From the IMG/VR virus record IMGVR_UViG_3300020187_000013: a stretch of DNA of 61,591 nt; one strand, written 5' to 3'. The translations under genes were made by a program, and so were the position numbers. This document shows, piece after piece, positions 55,501-61,591 of the stretch. The notes under the pieces were generated by a model that had not been told where the DNA came from, did no database searches, and saw only the letters and a program-made list of their open reading frames with translations. This DNA is from an uncultured virus (IMG/VR IMGVR_UViG_3300020187_000013) (Duplodnaviria; Heunggongvirae; Uroviricota; Caudoviricetes). Positions within the stretch are counted from its first letter, which is position 1, and the number at the start of each line of letters is the position of its first letter.

Positions 55501-58500
55501 AAGTCATTGTTACGGGAGCTGCTACTAGTATCACAGGCATTGATCTCAATGTGAATATGGCCATGATATCTGATAATAGTGGTAAAGTAGCCGTTTCCAC
55601 CAAAGTCAGCACTACCGAATTGGAATATTTAGACGGGGTTACTGGATTGGTACAAGATCAAATCGACACTAAGCAGGTTATTGTTACCGGGGCTGCTACA
55701 ACAATAACAGGTACAGACTTGGTTTCTGGAAAGGCTATGGTATCTGATAATAGTGGCAAAGTCGCCGTTTCCACCAAAGTTACCACTACCGAATTGGAAT
55801 ATTTAGACGGGGTTACTGGATTGGTACAAGATCAAATAGACACTAAACAAGTCATTGTCACTGGAGCCGCTACTACAATCACAGGTACTAATCTAGATAC
55901 AAATATGGCTATGATTTCAGATAACACTGGTAAAGTCGCTGTTTCCAGTAAGGTTACAACAACTGAATTAGAATATTTAGATGGTGTTACTGGACTTGTA
56001 CAAGATCAAATCGATACTAAGCAGGTGATTGTTACTGGAGCCGCTACTACAATCACAGGTACAAATTTAGTATCAGGTATGGCCATAATTTCTGATATTG
56101 ATGGCAAAGTTGCTGTTTCCAGTAAGGTTACTACTATTGAGTTAGAATATTTAGATGGAGTTACTGGATTAGTACAATCGCAAATCAACACCAAACAGGT
56201 CATTGTGACTGGGGCTGCTACAAGTATCACAGGTACTAATTTAGATACAAATATGGCTATGATTTCGGATAACACTGGTAAAGTGGCTGTTTCAAATAAG
56301 GTTACAACTACAGAATTAGAATATTTAGATGGTGTTACTGGATTGATACAAGACCAAATCAATACCAAACAGGTCATTGTTACTGGAGCCGCTACTACAA
56401 TTACCGGTATAAATTTAGATACAAATATGGCTATGATATCTGATAATAATGGAAAAGTAGCTGTTTCTAATAAGGTTACAACTACAGAATTAGAATATTT
56501 AGATGGTGTTACTGGATTAGTACAAGATCAAATCGATACTAAACAGGTCATTGTTACTGGAGCTGCTACTACAATCACAGGTACTAATTTAGATACGAAT
56601 ATGGCTATGATTTCGGATAACAATGGTAAAGTGGCTGTTTCTAGTAAAGTTACAACTACTGAGTTAGAATATTTAGATGGAGTTAGTGGATTAGTACAAG
56701 ATCAAATTGACACGAAACAGGTGATTGTTACCGGAGCTGCTACTACAATCACAGGTACTAATTTAGATACGAATATGGTGATGATTTCGGATAATACTGG
56801 TAAAGTGGCTGTTTCTAGTAAAGTTACAACTACAGAATTAGAATATTTAGATGGAGTTACTGGATTAGTACAAGATCAAATCGATACAAAACAGGTCATT
56901 GTTACTGGAGCCGCTACTACAATTACTGGTTTAGACTTAGTATCTGGTATGGCTATGGTATCAAATACAGATGGAAAGGTTGCCGTTTCAGACAAGGTGT
57001 CAACAACTGAACTAGAATATTTAGAAGGAGTTACTGGATTAGTACAAGATCAAATTGATACCAAACAGGTCATTGTTACCGGGGCTGCTACTACAATCAC
57101 AGGTACTAATTTAGATACGAATATGGCTATGATTTCGAATAATACTGGTAAAGTAGCTGTTTCAAGTAAGGTTACAACTACAGAATTAGAATATTTAGAT
57201 GGAGTTACTGGACTCGTACAAGATCAAATCGATACTAAACAGGTTATTGTTACTGGAGCTGCAACTACAATAACAGGTACTAATCTAGATACAAATATGG
57301 CTATGATTTCTGACAATAGTGGAAAAGTTGCTGTTTCTAGCAAAGTTACTACGACTGAATTAGAATATTTAGATGGAGTTACTGGACTTGTACAAGATCA
57401 AATTGACACTAAACAGGTTATTGTTACCGGAGCTGCTACTACAATCACAGGTACAAATCTAGATACAAATATGGCTATGATTTCTGATAATACTGGTAAA
57501 GTAGCGGTTTCCAGTAAAGTCACTACGACTGAATTAGAATATTTAGATGGAGTTACTGGCGTAGTACAAGCACAAATCAATACTAAACAAGTTATTATTA
57601 CTGGAGCTGCTACTACAATTACCGGCCAAGATTTGCTTGCAAATATGGCTATGATATCTGATATTGATGGAAAAGTGGCTGTTTCTAGTAAGGTAACTAC
57701 GACAGAATTGGAATATTTAGATGGAGTTACTGGATTGGTACAGGACCAAATTGACACTAAACAGGTTATTGTTACTGGAGCTGCTACTACAATTACCGGA
57801 AATGATCTTCTTCATAATATGGCCATGATTACAGATGAATATGGAAAAGTTGCAGTATCTGATAAGGTATCATCAATTGAATTAGAATATTTAGATGGAG
57901 TTACTGGATTAGTACAATCGCAAATCAATACTAAACAGGTTATTGTTACTGGAGCTGCTACTACAATAACTGGTCAAGACTTGGTATCTGGAATGGCCAT
58001 GATATCAGACGTTGATGGAAAAGTGGCTGTTTCTAGTAAGGTAACGACGACAGAATTAGAATATTTAGATGGAGTTACTGGACTTATACAAGATCAAATC
58101 AATACTAAACAGGTGATTATTACTGGAGCTGCTACTACAATAACTGGTCAAGACTTGGTATCTGGAATGGCCATGGTATCTGATACAGATGGAAAAGTTG
58201 CCGTTTCTAGTAAAGTAACAACAACAGAGTTAGAATATTTAGAGGGAATTACGGGATTGGTACAAGACCAAATCAATACTAAGCAGGTGATTGTTACTGG
58301 AGCCGTTACAACTATAACCGGTACTAATTTGGATACTAATATGGCTATGATTTCTGATAATACTGGTAAAGTGGCTGTTTCCAATAAAGTTACAACTACA
58401 GAGTTAGAATATTTAAATGGTGTTACTGGATTAGTACAAGAACAAATCAACACTAAACAGGTTATTGTTACTGGAGCTGCTACTACAATTACAGGTATCG

Positions 58501-59717
58501 ACTTAGTATCTAGTATGGCTATGGTATCAGACGTTGATGGAAAAGTAGCTGTTTCTAGTAAAGTAACCACTATAGAGTTGGAATATTTAGATGGAGTTAC
58601 TGGATTGGTACAAGACCAAATCGATACTAAGCAAGTGATTGTTACTGGAGCTGCTACTACAATAACAGGTATAGACTTAGCTTCTGATATGGCCATGGTA
58701 TCAGACGTTGATGGAAAAGTTGCGGTTTCCAATAAAGTAACCACGACCGAATTAGAATATTTAGATGGAGTTACTGGATTAGTACAAGATCAAATCAATA
58801 CAAAACAGGTTATCATTACTGGGGCTGCTACAACAATAACAGGTCAAGACTTAGTATCTGGAAAGGCTATGGTATCTGATACAGATGGAAAAGTGGCTGT
58901 TTCTAGTAAAGTCACTACTACTGAGTTAGAATATTTAGATGGGGTTACGGGATTGGTACAAGATCAAATCGATACTAAACAGGTTATTGTCACTGGTGCT
59001 GCTACAACAATAACAGGTACAGACCTGGTTTCTGGTATGGCCATGATTTCTGATACAGATGGGAAAGTTGCCGTTTCTAATAAAGTAACCACGATCGAAT
59101 TAGAATATTTAGATGGAGTTACGGGATTAGTACAAGACCAAATCAATACTAAACAGGTCATTGTTACTGGAGCTGCTACAACAATAACAGGTACAGATTT
59201 AGATTCAAATATGGCTATGATATCTGATACAGATGGTAAAGTGGCTGTTTCTAGTAAAGTAAGTAAGACAGAGTTAGAATATTTAGATGGAGTTACTGGA
59301 TTGGTTCAAGATCAAATCAATACCAAACAGGTTATTGTAACTGGAGCTGCTACAACGATAACTGGTACAAATCTAGATACAAATATGGCTATGATTTCGG
59401 ATAACACTGGTAAAGTGGCTGTTTCTAGCAAAGTCACTACGACAGAATTAGAATATTTAGATGGAGTTACTGGATTAGTACAAGATCAAATCAATACAAA
59501 ACAGGTTATTATTACTGGGGCTGCTACAACAATAACCGGTCAAGACTTAGTATCTGGAAAGGCTATGGTATCTGATACAGATGGAAAAGTGGCTGTTTCT
59601 AGTAAAGTCACTACTACTGAGTTAGAATATTTAGATGGGGTTACGGGATTGGTACAAGACAAAATCACAAGTAATTATTACTGGAGCTGCTACAACAATA
59701 ACTGGTACAAATCTTGA
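46599..59717 (+). CDS. Giant fibre protein, segment 2: pure 58-aa repeat array (continuation of the gene starting at 33985)
   Basis: Starts mid-repeat at a TTG with no intergenic spacer. The frame is already in repeat register from ~46533. It ends in an out-of-frame tail (ITSNYYWSCYNNNWYKS) after an 8-nt deletion. Confidence 0.8.
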   Translation: MIQDQIDTKQVIVTGAATTITGTDLNSNMAMISDISGKVAVSSKVTTTELEYLDGVTGLLQDQINTKQVIVTGAATTITGLDLQANMAMISDISGKVAVSSKVTTTELEYLDGVTGLVQEQIDTKQVIVTGAATTITGTNLDTNMAMVSDNTGKVAVSSKVTTTELEYLDGVTGLIQDQIDTKQVIVTGAATTITGTNLDINMAMISDNTGKVAVSSKVTTTELEYLDGVTGLVQEQIDTKQVIVTGAATTITGLNLDADMAMISDNSGKVAVSSKVTTTELEYLDGVTGLVQDQINTKQVIVTGAATTITGLDLDTNMAMISDNTGKVAVSTKVTTTELEYLDGVTGLLQDQINTKQVIVTGAATTITGLNLDTNMAMISDISGKVAVSSKVTTTELEYLDGVTGLVQDQIDTKQVIVTGAATTITGLNLDANMAMISDISGKVAVSSKVTTVELEYLDGVTGLIQDQINTKQVIVTGAATTITGTNLDINMAMISDNNGKVAVSNKVTTTELEYLDGVTGLIQDQINTKQVIVTGAATTITGLDLDVNMAMVSDNTGKVAVSSKVTTTELEYLDGVTGLVQDQINTKQVIVTGAATTITGTNLDINMAMISDNSGKVGVSSKVTTTELEYLDGVTGLIQDQINTKQVIVTGAATTITGQNLDTNMAMISDNTGKVAVSTKVTTTELEYLDGVTGLVQDQINTKQVIVTGAATTITGEDLDTNMAMISDNDGKVAVSNKVTTVELEYLDGVTGLIQDQIDTKQVIVTGAATTITGIDLDANMAMISDNTGKVAVSNKVTTTELEYLDGVTGLVQDQINTKQVIVTGAATTITGQDLVSNMAMVSDTDGKVAVSTKVTTTELEYLDGVTGLLQDQINTKQVIVTGAATTITGIDLDANMAMISNNSGKVAVSSKVSTTELEYLDGVTGLLQDQINTKQVIITGAATTITGNDLLHNMAMITDDYGKVGVSDKVTTIELEYLDGVTGLVQSQINTKQVIITGAATTITGIDLDANMAMISDNDGKVTVSSKVTTTELEYLDGVTGLVQSQIDTKQVIVTGAATTITGINLDTNMAMISDTDGKVAVSSKVTTTELEYLDGVTGLIQDQINTKQVIVTGAATTISGTDLNANMAMVSDVDGKVAVSDKVTTTELEYLDGVTGLVQDQINTKQVIVTGAVTTITGINLDANMALISDTDGKVAVSSKVTTIELEYLEGVTGLVQDQINTKQVIVTGAATTITGEDLNANMAMISDNSGKVAVSNKVTTVELEYLDGVTGLVQDQINTKQVIVTGAATTITGTNLDTNMAMISDNTGKVAVSSKVTTTELEYLDGVTGLVQDQIDTKQVIVTGAATTITGIDLDANMAMISDNDGKVAVSSKVSTTELEYLDGVTGLVQDQIDTKQVIVTGAATTITGTNLDTNMAMISDNDGKVAVSSKVTTIELEYLDGVTGLVQDQIDTKQVIVTGAATTITGIDLDANKAMISDISGKVSVSSKVTTIELEYLDGVTGLIQDQINTKQVIVTGAATTITGIDLNTNMAMISDNDGKVAVSSKVTTTELEYLDGVTGLVQDQIDTKQVIVTGAATTITGTNLDTNMAMISDNTGKVAVSNKVTTTELEYLDGVTGLVQSQIDTKQVIVTGAATTITGTNLDTNMAMISDNDGKVAVSSKVTTIELEYLDGVTGLVQDQIDTKQVIVTGAATTITGAHLNSNMAMISNDDGKVAVSSKVTTTELEYLDGVTGLLQEQIDTKQVIVTGAATSITGIDLNANMAMISDTDGKVAVSSKVTTTELEYLDGVTGLVQDQIDTKQVIVTGAATTVTGTDLDANMAMISDNDGKVAVSSKVTTVELEYLDGVTGLVQDQIDTKQVIVTGAATTITGINLNTNMAMISDNTGKVAVSSKVTTTELEYLEGVTGLVQSQINTKQVIVTGAATTITGTDLNTNMAMISDNDGKVSVSSKVTTTELEYLDGVTGLIQDQIDTKQVIVTGAATTITGIDLNANMAMISDNDGKVAVSSKVTTTELEYLDGVTGLVQDQIDTKQVIVTGAVTTITGTNLDTNMAMISDNTGKVTVSSKVTTTELEYLDGVTGLIQDQIDTKQVIVTGAATTITGTNLDTNMAMISDNTGKVAVSNKVTTTELEYLDGVTGLIQDQIDTKQVIVTGAATTITGTNLDTNMAIISDNDGKVAVSSKVTTTELEYLDGVTGLIQDQINTKQVIVTGAATTITGIDLNANMAMVSDISGKVAVSSKVTTTELEYLDGVTGLVQSQINTKQVIVTGAATTITGTNLDANMAMISDNYGKVAVSSKVTTTELEYLDGVTGVVQDQINTKLSILIAESTYDTITGVNAKISGVIGNAPEALDTLKELADALKNDHDYATTITNHLATKQVVITGAATTITGTNLDTNMAMISDNTGKVAVSNKVTTTELEYLDGVTGVVQSQINTKQIIVTGAATTITGIDLNSNMAMVSDVDGKVAVSSKVTTTELEYLDGVTGLVQDQIDTKQVIVTGAAATITGTNLDANMAMISNVNGKVAVSNKVTTTELEYLDGVTGLVQSQINTKQIIVTGAATTITGTDLDANMAMISDNDGKVAVSSKVTTTELEYLDGVTGLIQDQINTKQVIVTGAATTITGTNLNSNMAMISDISGKVTVSSKVTTTELEYLDGVTGLVQDQINTKQVIVTGAATTITGTDLNTNMAMISDNDGKVSVSTKVTTIELEYLDGVTGLVQDQIDTKQVIITGAATTITGTNLDANMALISDVDGKVAVSNKVTTTELEYLDGVTGLIQSQINTKQVIVTGAATTITGTNLDTNMAMISDNTGKVAVSNKVTTTELEYLDGVTGLVQDQINTKQVIVTGAATTITGLDLVSGMAMVSDVDGKVAVSNKVTTTELEYLDGITGLIQDQINTKQVIVTGAATTITGTNLDINMAMISDNNGKIAVSNKVTTTELEYLDGVTGLVQDQIDTKQVIVTGAATSITGIDLNVNMAMISDNSGKVAVSTKVSTTELEYLDGVTGLVQDQIDTKQVIVTGAATTITGTDLVSGKAMVSDNSGKVAVSTKVTTTELEYLDGVTGLVQDQIDTKQVIVTGAATTITGTNLDTNMAMISDNTGKVAVSSKVTTTELEYLDGVTGLVQDQIDTKQVIVTGAATTITGTNLVSGMAIISDIDGKVAVSSKVTTIELEYLDGVTGLVQSQINTKQVIVTGAATSITGTNLDTNMAMISDNTGKVAVSNKVTTTELEYLDGVTGLIQDQINTKQVIVTGAATTITGINLDTNMAMISDNNGKVAVSNKVTTTELEYLDGVTGLVQDQIDTKQVIVTGAATTITGTNLDTNMAMISDNNGKVAVSSKVTTTELEYLDGVSGLVQDQIDTKQVIVTGAATTITGTNLDTNMVMISDNTGKVAVSSKVTTTELEYLDGVTGLVQDQIDTKQVIVTGAATTITGLDLVSGMAMVSNTDGKVAVSDKVSTTELEYLEGVTGLVQDQIDTKQVIVTGAATTITGTNLDTNMAMISNNTGKVAVSSKVTTTELEYLDGVTGLVQDQIDTKQVIVTGAATTITGTNLDTNMAMISDNSGKVAVSSKVTTTELEYLDGVTGLVQDQIDTKQVIVTGAATTITGTNLDTNMAMISDNTGKVAVSSKVTTTELEYLDGVTGVVQAQINTKQVIITGAATTITGQDLLANMAMISDIDGKVAVSSKVTTTELEYLDGVTGLVQDQIDTKQVIVTGAATTITGNDLLHNMAMITDEYGKVAVSDKVSSIELEYLDGVTGLVQSQINTKQVIVTGAATTITGQDLVSGMAMISDVDGKVAVSSKVTTTELEYLDGVTGLIQDQINTKQVIITGAATTITGQDLVSGMAMVSDTDGKVAVSSKVTTTELEYLEGITGLVQDQINTKQVIVTGAVTTITGTNLDTNMAMISDNTGKVAVSNKVTTTELEYLNGVTGLVQEQINTKQVIVTGAATTITGIDLVSSMAMVSDVDGKVAVSSKVTTIELEYLDGVTGLVQDQIDTKQVIVTGAATTITGIDLASDMAMVSDVDGKVAVSNKVTTTELEYLDGVTGLVQDQINTKQVIITGAATTITGQDLVSGKAMVSDTDGKVAVSSKVTTTELEYLDGVTGLVQDQIDTKQVIVTGAATTITGTDLVSGMAMISDTDGKVAVSNKVTTIELEYLDGVTGLVQDQINTKQVIVTGAATTITGTDLDSNMAMISDTDGKVAVSSKVSKTELEYLDGVTGLVQDQINTKQVIVTGAATTITGTNLDTNMAMISDNTGKVAVSSKVTTTELEYLDGVTGLVQDQINTKQVIITGAATTITGQDLVSGKAMVSDTDGKVAVSSKVTTTELEYLDGVTGLVQDKITSNYYWSCYNNNWYKS
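53583..53756 (+). other. Phage tail-fibre-like helical unit 2
   Basis: [58 protein letters not shown]. Confidence 0.7.
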
Positions 59718-61591
59718 TACAAATATGGCTATGATTTCTGATAGTACTGGTAAAGTGGCTGTTTCCAGCAAAATAACTACGACAGAATTAGAATATTTAG
59801 ATGGGGTTACTGGCGTAGTACAGGATCAAATTGACACAAAACAGGTGATTGTTACTGGAGCTGCTACAACAATAACAGGTCAAGACTTAGTTTCAGGTAT
59901 GGCCATGATTTCTGATAATAGTGGAAAAGTAGCAGTTTCTAATAAGGTTACCACTACTGAATTAGAATATTTAGATGGAGTTACAGGATTAATACAAGAT
60001 CAAATTGAAACAAAACAGGTCATTGTTACTGGAGCTGCTACTACAATCACCGGTATTAATTTAGATGCTAATATGGCATTGATGTCCAATGCTGATGGAA
60101 AAGTTGCTATTTCGAATAAGGTTACCACTATTGAATTAGAATATTTAGATGGAGTTACTGGACTTCTCCAGGATCAAATCAATACTAAACAGGTGGTTGT
60201 TACTGGTGCCGTTACTACAATTACTGGAAGTAATTTAAGTTCTGATATGGCTATGATATCTAATAGTAATGGTAAAGTGTCAGTTTCTAATAAAGTTACT
60301 AAAATAGAATTAGAATATCTAGATGGAGTTACTGGTGTAGTACAAGATCAAATTAATACTAAATTATCAATATCAAATGCTGAATTAATTTATGATACTA
60401 TAACAGGAGTTAATGCAAAAATAAGTGGTGTTATCGGTAATGCGCCAGAAGCATTAGACACATTAAAAGAATTAGCAGATGCTCTTAATAATAATGATGA
60501 TTATGCCACTACAATTACTAATCAATTAGCAACAAAACAAGTAGTTATAACAGGTGCTGCAACTTCCATAACAGGAAATAATTTAGTACCAGAGATGGCT
60601 ATGTTATCTAATATTAATGGTAAAGTGGCTGTTTCTAATAAAGTTACATCAACAGAATTAGAATATTTAGACGGAGTTACTGGGCTCATACAAAATCAAA
60701 TCAATACCAAACAGGTAATTGTTACTGGAGCTGCTACAACGATAACTGGTACTAATTTAGATATTAATATGGCTATGATATCTGATACAGATGGAAAAGT
60801 ATCTGTTTCAAATAAAGTAACAACTACTGAATTAGAATATTTAGATGGAGTTACGGGATTAGTACAAGACCAAATCAATACTAAACAGGTCATTGTTACT
60901 GGAGCTGCTACAACAATAACAGGTACAGATTTAGATTCAAATATGGCCATGATTTCGGATAACACTGGTAAAGTGGCTGTTTCTAGTAAAGTAAGTAAGA
61001 CAGAGTTAGAATATTTAGATGGAGTTACTAGTCTTGTTCAGGATCAAATAAATAGGAAGCAAGTGATTGTCACTGGAGCTGCTACAACAATAACTGGTAC
61101 TAATTTAGATACGAATATGGTAATGATTTCTGATAATAGCGGCAAAGTAGCCGTTTCCAGTAAAGTCACTACAACTGAATTAGAATATTTAGATGGAGTT
61201 ACTGGACTAGTACAGGATCAAATCAATACTAAACAGGTTATCATTACTGGTGCTGCTACAACAATAACAGGTCAAGACTTAATTTCTGGAATGGCTATGA
61301 TATCTGATATAGATGGTAAAGTTGCCGTTTCTAATAAAGTCACTACTACCGAATTAGAATATTTAGATGGAGTTACTGGATTGGTTCAAAATCAAATTGA
61401 TACTAAACAAGTTATAATAACTGGCGCTGCAACGACTATAACAGGAATAAATCTTATTTCAGGTATGGCTATGATTTCTGATACAGATGGTAAAGTTGCA
61501 GTTTCCAGTAAAGTTACTAGTACTGAATTAGAATATTTAGATGGAGTTACTGGATTGGTTCAAGCTCAAATCGATACTAAGCAAGTAATTG
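59668..61591 (+). CDS. Giant fibre protein, segment 3 (absent from the ORF track; open to the window end)
   Basis: Frame 1 reads [29 protein letters not shown]... without a stop through to caa gta att g at 61591. It includes the third helical unit at 60361. Confidence 0.85.
60361..60534 (+). other. Phage tail-fibre-like helical unit 3
   Basis: [58 protein letters not shown]. Confidence 0.7.

Overview
AT-rich window in which every real gene is on the + strand. The genes are very large, separated by short AT-only spacers that contain hairpins and no Shine-Dalgarno sites. This pattern fits a giant DNA virus (Nucleocytoviricota, probably Imitervirales/Mimiviridae-like; inference, since no marker gene is present). 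The window is a tandem cluster of five putative virion fibre/surface genes. (1) A 5'-truncated protein with LamG and carbohydrate-binding-like domains (<3-3902). (2) and (3) Two giant collagen-like proteins (4030-16314, 16670-25411) with Gly-X-Thr and Gly-Trp-Thr tracts punctuated by four families of small globular modules. One family is cupredoxin-like, and a single copy keeps an intact His...Cys-x2-His-x2-Met site. (4) A non-collagen multi-domain beta-sandwich protein (25473-33809). (5) A gene of more than 27.6 kb (ATG 33985 to beyond the window end, >9,200 codons). It begins as a third collagen paralogue and continues as about 122 tandem 57/58-aa repeats. Three phage tail-fibre-like '[15 protein letters not shown]' units, each exactly 58 aa, sit in register within that array. 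This gene is split into three frames by an 82-nt deletion at ~46531 and an 8-nt deletion at ~59667, which could be real or assembly errors. All small overlapping ORFs in the track are shadows of the repeats.
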